This document shows positions 13,701 through 28,458 of a stretch of DNA of 64,000 bases, piece after piece. Made by a program: the position numbers and the translations under genes. Positions within the stretch are counted from its first letter, which is position 1, and the number at the start of each line of letters is the position of its first letter. This stretch comes from Eledone cirrhosa. Taxonomy: Eukaryota. The stretch spans positions 32,178,001 to 32,242,000 of the forward strand of contig OZ024755.1 of the NCBI GenBank assembly GCA_964016885.1, written 5' to 3'. Under the pieces are notes generated by a model, which saw nothing but the letters and a program-made list of their open reading frames with translations, was not told the DNA's origin and did not search any database.

Positions 13701-14557
13701 TCTCACTTCATCTTTATTGGCTGTCGTCGCGAGGAATTTTCTTATTTTTATATGTATTCAATCAACTGCACTCTCACTTCATCTTTATTGGCTGTTCTAG
13801 CGAGGAGTTCTCTTATTTTTATATGTATTCAATCAACTGCACTCTCACTTCATCTTTATTGGCTGTTCTAGCGAGGAGTTTTCTTATTTTTATATTTATT
13901 CTATCAACTGCACTCTCACTTCATCTTTATTGGCTGTTCTAGCAAGGTATTTTCTTATTTTTATATGTATTCAATCAACTGCACTCTCACTTCATCTTTA
14001 TTGGCTGTTCTAGCAAGGTATTTTCTTATTTTTATATGTATTCAATCAACTGCACTCTCACTTCATCTTAATTGGCTGTTCTAGCAAGGTATTTTCTTAT
14101 TTTTATATGTATTCAATCAACTGAACTCTCACTTCATCTTTATTGGCTACTCTAGAGAGGTGTTTTCTTATTTTTATATGTATTTAATCAACTGCACTCT
14201 CCCTTCATCTTTATTGGCTGTTCTAGTGATGAATTTTCTTATTTTTATATGTATTCAATCAACTGAACTCTCACTTCATCTTTATTGGCTATTCTAGAGA
14301 GGTGTTTTCTTATTTTTATATGTATTTAATCAACTGCACTCGCACTTCATCTTTATTGGCTGTTCTAGCGATGAGTTTTCTTATTTTTATATGTATTCAA
14401 ACAATTGCACTCTCACTTCATCTTTATTGACTGTTCTAGCGATGAGTTTTCTTATTTTTATATGTATTCAATCAATTGCACTCTCACTTCATCATTATTG
14501 ACTGTTCTGGCCATGTGTTTTCTTATTTTTATATGTATTCAATCAACTGCTCTCTCA
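10795..14557 (+). repeat. Satellite block E (+ orientation)
   Basis: Starts like block C and ends with a variant series resembling the end of block A. Confidence 0.96.
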
Positions 14558-16339
14558 TAAGATGCACTTGATTGAATACATATAAAAATAAGAAAACTCC
14601 TTGCTAGAACAGCCAATAAAGATGAAGTGAGAGTGCAGTTGATTGAATACATATAAAAATAAGAAAACACCTCGCTAGAACAGCCAATAAAGATGAAGTG
14701 AGAGTGCAGTTGATTAAATACATATAAAAATAAGAAAACTCCTTGCTAGAACAGCCAATAAAGATGAAGTGAGAGTGCAGTTGATTGAATACATATAAAA
14801 ATAAGAAAACTCCTCACTAGAACTGCCAATAAAGATGAAGTGAGAGTGCAGTTGATTGAATACATAGAAAAATAAGAAAACTCCTCGCTAGAACAGCCAA
14901 TAAAAATGAAGTGAGAGTGCAGTTGATTGAATACATATAAAAATAAGAAAATTCATTGCTAGAAGAGCCGTTAAAAATGAAGTGAGAGTGCAGTTGATTG
15001 AATACATATAAAAATAAGAAATTTAATTGCTAGAACAGCCAATAAAGATGAAGTGAGAGTGCAGTTCATTGAATACATATAAAAATAAGAAAATTCATTG
15101 CTAGAACAGCCAATAAAGATGAAGTGAGAGTGCAGTTGATTGAATACATAAAAAATAAGAAAATTCATTGCTAGAACAGGCAATATAGATTAAGTGAGAG
15201 TGCAGTTGATAGAATACATATAAAAACAGGAAAATTCATTTCTAGAACAGCCAATAAATATGAAGTGAGAGTGCAGTTCATTGAATACATATAAAGATGA
15301 GAAAACTCCTCGCTAGAACAGCCAATAAAGATGAAGTGAGAGTGCAGTTAATTCAATACATATAAAAATAAGAAAACTCCTCGCTAGAACAGCCAATAAA
15401 GATGAAGTGAGAGTGCAGTTGATTGAATACATATAAAAATAAGAAAACTCCTCGCTAGAACAGCCAATAAAGATGAAGTGAGAGTGCAGTTAATTGAATA
15501 CATATAAAAATAAGAAAACTCCTCGCTAGAACAGCCAATAAAGATGAAGTGAGAGTGCAGTTGATTGAATACATATAAAAATAAGAAATTTAATTGCTAG
15601 AACAGCCAATAAATATGAAGTGAGAGTGCAGTTCATTGAATACATATAAAAATAAGAAAATTCATTGCTAGAAGAGCCGTTAAAAATAAAGTGAGAGTGC
15701 AGTTGATTGAATACATATAAAAATAAGAAATTTAATTGCTAGAACAGCCAATAAAGATGAAGTGAGAGTGCAGTTCATTGAATACATATGAAAATAAGAA
15801 AATTCATTGCTAGAAGAGCCGTTAAAAATGAAGTGAGAGTGCAGTTGATTGAATACATATAAAAATAAGAAATTTAATTGCTCGAACAGCCAATAAAGAT
15901 GAAGTGAGAGTGCAGTTGATTGAATACATAAAAAATAAGAAAATTCATTGCTAGAACAGGCAATATAGATTAAGTGAGAGTGCAGTTGATAGAATACATA
16001 TAAAAACAGGAAAATTCATTGCTAGAACAGCCAATAAATATGAAGTGAGAGTGCAGTTCATTGAATACATATAAAGATGAGAAAACTCCTCGCTAGAACA
16101 GCCAATAAAGATGAAGTGAGAGTGCAGTTAATTGAATACATATAAAAATAAGAAAACTCCTCGCTAGAACAGCCAATAAAGATGAAGTGAGAGTGCAGTT
16201 GATTGAATACATATAAAAATAAGAAAACTGCTCACTAGAACAGCTAATAAAGATGAAGTGAGAGTGCAGTTGATTGAATACATATAAAAATAAGAAATTT
16301 AATTGCTAGAACAGCCAATAAAGATGAAGTGAGAGTGCA

Positions 16340-19300
16340 GTTCATTGAATACATATAAAAATAAGAAAATTCATTGCTAGAAGAGCCGTTAAAAATGAAG
16401 TGAGAGTGCAGTTGAGTGAATACATATAAAAATAAGAAATTTAATTGCTAGAACAGCCAATAAAGATGAAGTGAGAGTGCAGTTCATTGAATACATATAA
16501 AAATAAGAAAATTCATTCCTAGAAGAGCCGTTAAAAATGAAGTGAGAGTGCAGTTGATTGAATACATATAAAAATAAGAAAACTCCTCGCTAGAACAGCC
16601 AATAAAGATGAAGTGAGAGTGCAGTTGATTAAATACATATAAAAATAAGAAAACTCCTTGCTAGAACAGCCAATAAAGATGAAGTGAGAGTGCAGTTGAT
16701 TGAATACATATAAAAATAAGAAAACTCCTCACTAGAACAGCCAATAAAGATGAAGTGAGAGTGCAGTTCATTGAATACATATAAAAATAAGAAAATTCAT
16801 TGCTAGAAGAGCCGTTAAAAATGAAGTGAGAGTGCAGTTGATTGAATACATATAAAAATAAGAAAACACCTTGCTAGAACAGCCAATAAAGATGAAGTGA
16901 GAGTGCAGTTGATTGAATACATATAAAAATAAGAAATTTAATTGCTCGAACAGCCAATAAGGATGAAGTGAGAGTGCAGTTGATTGAATACATATAAAAA
17001 TAAGAAAATTCATTGCTAGAAAAGCCGTTAAAAATGAAGTGAGAGTGCAGTTGATTGAATACATATAAAAGTAAGAAATTTAATTGCTAGAACAGCCAAT
17101 AAAGATGAAGTGAGAGTGCAGTTGATTGAATACATATAAAAATAAGAAAATTCATTGCTAGAAGAGCCGTTAAAAATGAAGTGAGAGTGCAGTTGATTGA
17201 ATACATATAAAAATAAGAAATTTAATTGCTAGAACAGCCAATAAAGATGAAGTGAGAGTGCAGTTCATTGAATACATATAAAAATAAGAAAATTCATTGC
17301 TAGAAGAGCCGTTAAAAATGAAGTGAGAGTGCAGTTGATTGAATACATATAAAAATAAGAAATTTAATTGCTAGAACAGCCAATAAAGATGAAGTGAGAG
17401 TGCAGTTCATTGAATACATATAAAAATAAGAAAATTCATTGCTAGAAGAGCTGTTAAAAATGAAGTGAGAGTGCAGTTGATTGAATACATATAAAAATAA
17501 GAATTTTAATTGCTAGAAGAGCCAATAAAGATGACGTGAGAGTGCAGTTCATTGAATACATATAAAAATAAGAAAATTCATTGCTAGAACAGCCAATAAA
17601 GATGAAGTGAGAGTGCAGTTGATTGAATACAATAAAAATAAGATAATTCATTGCTAGAACAGGCAATATAGATTAAGTGAGAGTGCAGTTGATAGAATAC
17701 ATATAAAAACAGGAAAATTCATTGCTAGAACAGCCAATAAAGATGAAGTGAGAATGCAGTTGATTGAATACATATAAAAATAAGAAAACACCTCGCTAGA
17801 ACAGCCAATAAAGATGAAGTGAGAGTGCAGTTGATAGAATACATATAAAAATAAGAAAACTGCTCACTAGAACAGCCAATAAAGATGAAGTGAGAGTGCA
17901 GTTGATTGAATACATATAAAAATAAGAAATTTAATTGCTAGAACAGCCAATAAAGATGAAGTGAGAGTGCAGTTCATTGAATACATATAAAAATAAGAAA
18001 ATTCATTGCTAGAAGAGCTGTTAAAAATGAAGTGAGAGTGCAGTTGATTGAATACATATAAAAATAAGAAATTTAATTGCTAGAACAGCCAATAAAGATG
18101 AAGTGAGAATGCAGTTCATTGAATACATATAAAAATAAGAAAATTCATTCCTAGAAGAGCCGTTAAAAATGAAGTGAGAGTGCAGTTGATTGAATACATA
18201 TAAAAATAAGAAATTTAATTGCTAGAACAGCCAATAAAGATGAAGTGAGAGTGCAGTTGATTGAATACATATAAAAATAAGAAAACTCCTCGCAGGAACA
18301 GCCAATAAAGATGAAGTGAGAGTGCAGTTGATTAAATACATATAAAAATAAGAAAACTCCTTGCTAGAACAGCCAATAAAGATGAAGTGAGAATGCAGTT
18401 CATTGAATACATATAAAAATAAGAAAATTCATTGCTAGAAGAGCCGTTAAAAATGAAGTGAGAGTGCAGTTGAGTGAATACATATAAAAATAAGAAATTT
18501 AATTGCTAGAACAGCCAATAAAGATGAAGTGAGAGTGCAGTTCATTGAATACATATAAAAATAAGAAAATTCATTCCTAGAAGAGCCGTTAAAAATGAAG
18601 TGAGAGTGCAGTTGATTGAATACATATAAAAATAAGAAAACTCCTCGCTAGAACAGCCAATAAAGATGAAGTGAGAGTGCAGTTGATTAAATACATATAA
18701 AAATAAGAAAACTCCTTGCTAGAACAGCCAATAAAGATGAAGTGAGAGTGCAGTTGATTGAATACATATAAAAATAAGAAAACTCCTCACTAGAACAGCC
18801 AATAAAGATGAAGTGAGAGTGCAGTTCATTGAATACATATAAAAATAAGAAAATTCATTGCTAGAAGAGCCGTTAAAAATGAAGTGAGAGTGCAGTTGAT
18901 TGAATACATATAAAAATAAGAAAACACCTTGCTAGAACAGCCAATAAAGATGAAGTGAGAGTGCAGTTGATTGAATACATATAAAAATAAGAAATTTAAT
19001 TGCTCGAACAGCCAATAAGGATGAAGTGAGAGTGCAGTTGATTGAATACATATAAAAATAAGAAAATTCATTGCTAGAAAAGCCGTTAAAAATGAAGTGA
19101 GAGTGCAGTTGATTGAATACATATAAAAGTAAGAAATTTAATTGCTAGAACAGCCAATAAAGATGAAGTGAGAGTGCAGTTGATTGAATACATATAAAAA
19201 TAAGAAAATTCATTGCTAGAAGAGCCGTTAAAAATGAAGTGAGAGTGCAGTTGATTGAATACATATAAAAATAAGAAATTTAATTGCTAGAACAGCCAAT

Positions 19301-20450
19301 AAAGATGAAGTGAGAGTGCAGTTCATTGAATACATATAAAAATAAGAAAATTCATTGCTAGAAGAGCCGTTAAAAATGAAGTGAGAGTGCAGTTGATTGA
19401 ATACATATAAAAATAAGAAATTTAATTGCTAGAACAGCCAATAAAGATGAAGTGAGAGTGCAGTTCATTGAATACATATAAAAATAAGAAAATTCATTGC
19501 TAGAAGAGCTGTTAAAAATGAAGTGAGAGTGCAGTTGATTGAATACATATAAAAATAAGAATTTTAATTGCTAGAAGAGCCAATAAAGATGACGTGAGAG
19601 TGCAGTTCATTGAATACATATAAAAATAAGAAAATTCATTGCTAGAACAGCCAATAAAGATGAAGTGAGAGTGCAGTTGATTGAATACAATAAAAATAAG
19701 ATAATTCATTGCTAGAACAGGCAATATAGATTAAGTGAGAGTGCAGTTGATAGAATACATATAAAAACAGGAAAATTCATTGCTAGAACAGCCAATAAAG
19801 ATGAAGTGAGAATGCAGTTGATTGAATACATATAAAAATAAGAAAACACCTCGCTAGAACAGCCAATAAAGATGAAGTGAGAGTGCAGTTGATAGAATAC
19901 ATATAAAAATAAGAAAACTGCTCACTAGAACAGCCAATAAAGATGAAGTGAGAGTGCAGTTGATTGAATACATATAAAAATAAGAAATTTAATTGCTAGA
20001 ACAGCCAATAAAGATGAAGTGAGAGTGCAGTTCATTGAATACATATAAAAATAAGAAAATTCATTGCTAGAAGAGCTGTTAAAAATGAAGTGAGAGTGCA
20101 GTTGATTGAATACATATAAAAATAAGAAATTTAATTGCTAGAACAGCCAATAAAGATGAAGTGAGAATGCAGTTCATTGAATACATATAAAAATAAGAAA
20201 ATTCATTCCTAGAAGAGCCGTTAAAAATGAAGTGAGAGTGCAGTTGATTGAATACATATAAAAATAAGAAATTTAATTGCTAGAACAGCCAATAAAGATG
20301 AAGTGAGAGTGCAGTTGATTGAATACATATAAAAATAAGAAAACTCCTCGCAGGAACAGCCAATAAAGATGAAGTGAGAGTGCAGTTGATTAAATACATA
20401 TAAAAATAAGAAAACTCCTTGCTAGAACAGCCAATAAAGATGAAGTGAGA
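16340..20450 (-). repeat. 29-monomer higher-order repeat, 2 copies (2058 bp)
   Basis: Rare variant GTTGAGTGAA at 16411/18469. ORF pairs 16768/18826 and 17454/19512. 2058 = 29x71-1. Confidence 0.9.
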
Positions 20451-23400
20451 GTGCAGTTGATTGAATACATATAAAAATAAGAAAACTCCTCACTAGAACA
20501 GCCAATAAAGATGAAGTGAGAGTGCAGTTGATTGAATACATAGAAAAATAAGAAAACTCCTCGCTAGAACAGCCAATAAAAATGATGTGAGAGTGCAGTT
20601 GATTGAATACATATAAAAGTAAGAAAACTCCTCGCTAGAACAGCCAATAAAGATGAAGTGAGAGTGCAGTTGATTGAATACATATAAAAATAAGAAAACT
20701 CCTCGCTAGAACAGCCAATAAAGTTGAAGTGAGAGTGCAGTTGATTGAATACATATAAAAATAATAAAATTCATCGCTCGAAAAGCCAATAAAGATGAAC
20801 TGAGAGTGCCGTTGATTGAATACATATAAAAATAAGAAATTTAATTGCTAGAACAGCCAATAAAGATGAAGTGAGAGTGCAGTTCATTGAATACATATAA
20901 AAATAAGAAAATTCATTGCTAGAAGAGCCGTTAAAAATGAAGTGAGAGTGCAGTTGATTGAATACATATAAAAATAAGAATTTTAATTGCTAGAACAGCC
21001 AATAAAGATGAAGTGAGAGTGCAGTTGATTGAATACATATAAAAATAAGAAAATTCATTGCTAGAACAGCCAATAAAGATGAAGTGAGAGTGCAGTTGAT
21101 TGAATACAATAAAAATAAGAAAATTCATTGCTAGAACAGGCAATATAGATTAAGTGAGAGTGCAGTTGATAGAATACATATAAAAATAAGAAAATTCATT
21201 GCTAGAACAGCCAATAAATATGAAGTGAGAGTGCAGTTCATTGAATACATATAAAGATGAGAAAACTCCTCGCTAGAACAGCCAATAAAGATGAAGTGAG
21301 AGTGCAGTTAATTGAATACATATAAAAATAAGAAAACTCCTCGCTAGAACAGCCAATAAAGATGAAGTGAGAGTGCAGTTGATAGAATACATATAAAAAT
21401 AAGAAAATTCATTGCTAGAAGAGCCGTTAAAAATGAAGTGAGAGTGCAGTTGTTTGAATACATATAAAAATAAGAAATTTAATTGCTAGAACAGCCAATA
21501 AAGATGAAGTGAGAGTGCAGTTCATTGAATACATATAAAAATAAGAAAACTCCTCGCTAGAACAGCCAATAAAGATGAAGTGAGAGTGCAGTTGATTGAA
21601 TACATATAAAAATAAGAAAACTCCTCGCAGGAACAGCCAATAAAGATGAAGTGAGAGTGCAGTTGATTAAATACATATAAAAATAAGAAAACTCCTTGCT
21701 AGAACAGCCAATAAAGATGAAGTGAGAGTGCAGTTGATTGAATACATATAAAAATAAGAAAACTCCTCACTAGAACAGCCAATAAAGATGAAGTGAGAGT
21801 GCAGTTGATTGAATACATAGAAAAATAAGAAAACTCCTCGCCAGAACAGCCAATAAAGATGCAGTGAGAGTGCAGTTGATTGAATACATATAAAAATAAG
21901 AAAACTCCTCGCTAGAACAGCCAATAAAGTTGAAGTGAGAGTGCAGTTGATTGAATACATATAAAAATAATAAAATTCATCGCTCGAAAAGCCAATAAAG
22001 ATGAACTGAGAGTGCAGTTGATTGAATACATATAAAAATAAGAAAACACCTTGCTAGAACAGCCAATAAAGATGAAGTGAGAGTGCAGTTGATTGAATAC
22101 ATATAAAAATAAGAAAACTCCTCGCTAGAACAGCCAATAAAAATGAAGTGAGAGTGCAGTTGATTGAATACATATAAAAGTAAGAAATTTAATTGCTAGA
22201 ACAGCCAATAAAGATGAAGTGAGAGTGCAGTTGATTGAATACATATAAAAATAAGAAAATTCATTGCTAGAAGAGCCGTTAAGAATGAAGTGAGAGTGCA
22301 GTTGATTGAATACATATAAAAATAAGAAATTTAATTGCTAGAACAGCCAATAAAGATGAAGTGAGAGTGCAGTTGATTGAATACATATAAAAATAAGAAA
22401 ATTCATTGCTAGAAGAGCCGTTAAAAATGAAGTGAGAGTGCAGTTGATTGAATTCATATAAAAATAAGAAAATACCTTGCTAGAACATCCAATAAAGATG
22501 AAGTGAGAGTGCAGTTGATTGAATACATATAAAAATAAGAAAATTCATTGCTAGAAGAGCCGTTAAAAATGAAGTGAGAGTGCAGTTGATTGAATACATA
22601 TAAAAATAAGAAATTTAATTGCTAGAACAGCCAATAAAGATGAAGTGAGAGTGCAGTTGATTGAATACATATAAAAATAAGAAAACTCCTCGCTAGAACA
22701 GCCAATAAAGATGAAGTGAGAGTGCAGTTGATTAAATACATATAAAAATAAGAAAACTCCTAGCTAGAACAGCCAATAAAGATGAAGTGAGAGTGCAGTT
22801 GATTGAATACATATAAAAATAAGAAAACTCCTCGCTAGAACAGCCAATAAAGATGAAGTGAGAGTGCAGTTGATTGAATACATATAAAAATAAGAAAATT
22901 CATCGCTAGAACAGCCGTTAAAGATGAAGTGAGAGTGCAGTTGATTGAATACATATAAAAATAAGAAAACTCCTCGCAGGAACAGCCAATAAAGATGAAG
23001 TGAGAGTGCAGTTGATTAAATACATATAAAAATAAGAAAACTCCTTGCTAGAACAGCCAATAAAGATGAAGTGAGAGTGCAGTTGATTGAATACATATAA
23101 AAATAAGAAAACTCCTCGCAGGAACAGCCAATAAAGATGAAGTGAGAGTGCAGTTGATTAAATACATATAAAAATAAGAAAACTCCTTGCTAGAACAGCC
23201 AATAAAGATGAAGTGAGAGTGCAGTTGATTGAATACATATAAAAATAAGAAAACTCCTCACTAGAACAGCCAATAAAGATGAAGTGAGAGTGCAGTTGAT
23301 TGAATACATAGAAAAATAAGAAAACTCCTCGCTAGAACAGCCAATAAAAATGATGTGAGAGTGCAGTTGATTGAATACATATAAAAGTAAGAAAACTCCT

Positions 23401-26400
23401 CGCTAGAACAGCCAATAAAGATGAAGTGAGAGTGCAGTTGATTGAATACATATAAAAATAAGAAAACTCCTCGCTAGAACAGCCAATAAAGTTGAAGTGA
23501 GAGTGCAGTTGATTGAATACATATAAAAATAATAAAATTCATCGCTCGAAAAGCCAATAAAGATGAACTGAGAGTGCCGTTGATTGAATACATATAAAAA
23601 TAAGAAATTTAATTGCTAGAACAGCCAATAAAGATGAAGTGAGAGTGCAGTTCATTGAATACATATAAAAATAAGAAAATTCATTGCTCGAAGAGCCGTT
23701 AAAAATGAAGTGAGAGTGCAGTTGATTGAATACATATAAAAATAAGAATTTTAATTGCTAGAACAGCCAATAAAGATGAAGTGAGAGTGCAGTTGATTGA
23801 ATACATATAAAAATAAGAAAATTCATTGCTAGAACAGCCAATAAAGATGAAGTGAGAGTGCAGTTGATTGAATACAATAAAAATAAGAAAATTCATTGCT
23901 AGAACAGGCAATATAGATTAAGTGAGAGTGCAGTTGATAGAATACATATAAAAATAAGAAAATTCATTGCTAGAACAGCCAATAAATATGAAGTGAGAGT
24001 GCAGTTCATTGAATACATATAAAGATGAGAAAACTCCTCGCTAGAACAGCCAATAAAGATGAAGTGAGAGTGCAGTTAATTGAATACATATAAAAATAAG
24101 AAAACTCCTCGCTAGAACAGCCAATAAAGATGAAGTGAGAGTGCAGTTGATAGAATACATATAAAAATAAGAAAATTCATTGCTAGAAGAGCCGTTAAAA
24201 ATGAAGTGAGAGTGCAGTTGTTTGAATACATATAAAAATAAGAAATTTAATTGCTAGAACAGCCAATAAAGATGAAGTGAGAGTGCAGTTCATTGAATAC
24301 ATATAAAAATAAGAAAACTCCTCGCTAGAACAGCCAATAAAGATGAAGTGAGAGTGCAGTTGATTGAATACATATAAAAATAAGAAAACTCCTCGCAGGA
24401 ACAGCCAATAAAGATGAAGTGAGAGTGCAGTTGATTAAATACATATAAAAATAAGAAAACTCCTTGCTAGAACAGCCAATAAAGATGAAGTGAGAGTGCA
24501 GTTGATTGAATACATATAAAAATAAGAAAACTCCTCACTAGAACAGCCAATAAAGATGAAGTGAGAGTGCAGTTGATTGAATACATAGAAAAATAAGAAA
24601 ACTCCTCGCCAGAACAGCCAATAAAGATGCAGTGAGAGTGCAGTTGATTGAATACATATAAAAATAAGAAAACTCCTCGCTAGAACAGCCAATAAAGTTG
24701 AAGTGAGAGTGCAGTTGATTGAATACATATAAAAATAATAAAATTCATCGCTCGAAAAGCCAATAAAGATGAACTGAGAGTGCAGTTGATTGAATACATA
24801 TAAAAATAAGAAAACACCTTGCTAGAACAGCCAATAAAGATGAAGTGAGAGTGCAGTTGATTGAATACATATAAAAATAAGAAAACTCCTCGCTAGAACA
24901 GCCAATAAAAATGAAGTGAGAGTGCAGTTGATTGAATACATATAAAAGTAAGAAATTTAATTGCTAGAACAGCCAATAAAGATGAAGTGAGAGTGCAGTT
25001 GATTGAATACATATAAAAATAAGAAAATTCATTGCTAGAAGAGCCGTTAAGAATGAAGTGAGAGTGCAGTTGATTGAATACATATAAAAATAAGAAATTT
25101 AATTGCTAGAACAGCCAATAAAGATGAAGTGAGAGTGCAGTTGATTGAATACATATAAAAATAAGAAAATTCATTGCTAGAAGAGCCGTTAAAAATGAAG
25201 TGAGAGTGCAGTTGATTGAATTCATATAAAAATAAGAAAATACCTTGCTAGAACATCCAATAAAGATGAAGTGAGAGTGCAGTTGATTGAATACATATAA
25301 AAATAAGAAAATTCATTGCTAGAAGAGCCGTTAAAAATGAAGTGAGAGTGCAGTTGATTGAATACATATAAAAATAAGAAATTTAATTGCTAGAACAGCC
25401 AATAAAGATGAAGTGAGAGTGCAGTTGATTGAATACATATAAAAATAAGAAAACTCCTCGCTAGAACAGCCAATAAAGATGAAGTGAGAGTGCAGTTGAT
25501 TAAATACATATAAAAATAAGAAAACTCCTAGCTAGAACAGCCAATAAAGATGAAGTGAGAGTGCAGTTGATTGAATACATATAAAAATAAGAAAACTCCT
25601 CGCTAGAACAGCCAATAAAGATGAAGTGAGAGTGCAGTTGATTGAATACATATAAAAATAAGAAAATTCATCGCTAGAACAGCCGTTAAAGATGAAGTGA
25701 GAGTGCAGTTGATTGAATACATATAAAAATAAGAAAACTCCTCGCAGGAACAGCCAATAAAGATGAAGTGAGAGTGCAGTTGATTAAATACATATAAAAA
25801 TAAGAAAACTCCTTGCTAGAACAGCCAATAAAGATGAAGTGAGAGTGCAGTTGATTGAATACATATAAAAATAAGAAAACTCCTCGCAGGAACAGCCAAT
25901 AAAGATGAAGTGAGAGTGCAGTTGATTAAATACATATAAAAATAAGAAAACTCCTTGCTAGAACAGCCAATAAAGATGAAGTGAGAGTGCAGTTGATTGA
26001 ATACATATAAAAATAAGAAAACTCCTCACTAGAACAGCCAATAAAGATGAAGTGAGAGTGCAGTTGATTGAATACATAGAAAAATAAGAAAACTCCTCGC
26101 TAGAACAGCCAATAAAAATGATGTGAGAGTGCAGTTGATTGAATACATATAAAAGTAAGAAAACTCCTCGCTAGAACAGCCAATAAAGATGAAGTGAGAG
26201 TGCAGTTGATTGAATACATATAAAAATAAGAAAACTCCTCGCTAGAACAGCCAATAAAGTTGAAGTGAGAGTGCAGTTGATTGAATACATATAAAAATAA
26301 TAAAATTCATCGCTCGAAAAGCCAATAAAGATGAACTGAGAGTGCCGTTGATTGAATACATATAAAAATAAGAAATTTAATTGCTAGAACAGCCAATAAA

Positions 26401-28458
26401 GATGAAGTGAGAGTGCAGTTCATTGAATACATATAAAAATAAGAAAATTCATTGCTCGAAGAGCCGTTAAAAATGAAGTGAGAGTGCAGTTGATTGAATA
26501 CATATAAAAATAAGAATTTTAATTGCTAGAACAGCCAATAAAGATGAAGTGAGAGTGCAGTTGATTGAATACATATAAAAATAAGAAAATTCATTGCTAG
26601 AACAGCCAATAAAGATGAAGTGAGAGTGCAGTTGATTGAATACAATAAAAATAAGAAAATTCATTGCTAGAACAGGCAATATAGATTAAGTGAGAGTGCA
26701 GTTGATAGAATACATATAAAAATAAGAAAATTCATTGCTAGAACAGCCAATAAATATGAAGTGAGAGTGCAGTTCATTGAATACATATAAAGATGAGAAA
26801 ACTCCTCGCTAGAACAGCCAATAAAGATGAAGTGAGAGTGCAGTTAATTGAATACATATAAAAATAAGAAAACTCCTCGCTAGAACAGCCAATAAAGATG
26901 AAGTGAGAGTGCAGTTGATAGAATACATATAAAAATAAGAAAATTCATTGCTAGAAGAGCCGTTAAAAATGAAGTGAGAGTGCAGTTGTTTGAATACATA
27001 TAAAAATAAGAAATTTAATTGCTAGAACAGCCAATAAAGATGAAGTGAGAGTGCAGTTCATTGAATACATATAAAAATAAGAAAACTCCTCGCTAGAACA
27101 GCCAATAAAGATGAAGTGAGAGTGCAGTTGATTGAATACATATAAAAATAAGAAAACTCCTCGCAGGAACAGCCAATAAAGATGAAGTGAGAGTGCAGTT
27201 GATTAAATACATATAAAAATAAGAAAACTCCTTGCTAGAACAGCCAATAAAGATGAAGTGAGAGTGCAGTTGATTGAATACATATAAAAATAAGAAAACT
27301 CCTCACTAGAACAGCCAATAAAGATGAAGTGAGAGTGCAGTTGATTGAATACATAGAAAAATAAGAAAACTCCTCGCTAGAACAGCCAATAAAGATGCAG
27401 TGAGAGTGCAGTTGATTGAATACATATAAAAATAAGAAAACTCCTCGCTAGAACAGCCAATAAAGTTGAAGTGAGAGTGCAGTTGATTGAATACATATAA
27501 AAATAATAAAATTCATCGCTCGAAAAGCCAATAAAGATGAACTGAGAGTGCAGTTGATTGAATACATATAAAAATAAGAAAACTGCTCACTAGAACAGCC
27601 AATAAAGATGAAGTGAGAGTGCAGTTGATTGAATACATATAAAAATAAGAAAACTCCTCGCTAGAACAGCCAATAAAAATGAAGTGAGAGTGCAGTTGAT
27701 TGAATACATATAAAAGTAAGAAATTTAATTGCTAGAACAGCCAATAAAGATGAAGTGAGAGTGCAGTTGATTGAATACATATAAAAATAAGAAAATTCAT
27801 TGCTAGAAGAGCCGTTAAGAATGAAGTGAGAGTGCAGTTGATTGAATACATATAAAAATAAGAAATTTAATTGCTAGAACAGCCAATAAAGATGAAGTGA
27901 GAGTGCAGTTGATTGAATACATATAAAAATAAGAAAATTCATTGCTAGAAGAGCCGTTAAAAATGAAGTGAGAGTGCAGTTGATTGAATACATATAAAAA
28001 TAAGAAAATACCTTGCTAGAACATCCAATAAAGATGAAGTGAGAGTGTAGTTGATTGAATACATATAAAAATAAGAAAATTCATTGCTAGAAGAGCCGTT
28101 AAAAATGAAGTGAGAGTGCAGTTGATTGAATACATATAAAAATAAGAAATTTAATTGCTAGAACAGCCAATAAAGATGAAGTGAGAGTGCAGTTGATTGA
28201 ATACATATAAAAATAAGAAAACTCCTCGCTAGAACAGCCAATAAAGATGAAGTGAGAGTGCAGTTGATTAAATACATATAAAAATAAGAAAACTCCTAGC
28301 TAGAACAGCCAATAAAGATGAAGTGAGAGTGTAGTTGATTGAATACATATAAAAATAAGAAAACTCCTCGCTAGAACAGCCAATAAAGATGAAGTGAGAG
28401 TGCAGTTGATTGAATACATATAAAAATAAGAAAATTCATCGCTAGAACAGCCGTTAAA
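20280..28458 (-). repeat. 39-monomer higher-order repeat, ~3 copies (2768 bp)
   Basis: Markers at 20341/23109/25877. ORFs at 20931/23699/26467. 2768 = 39x71-1. Confidence 0.9.
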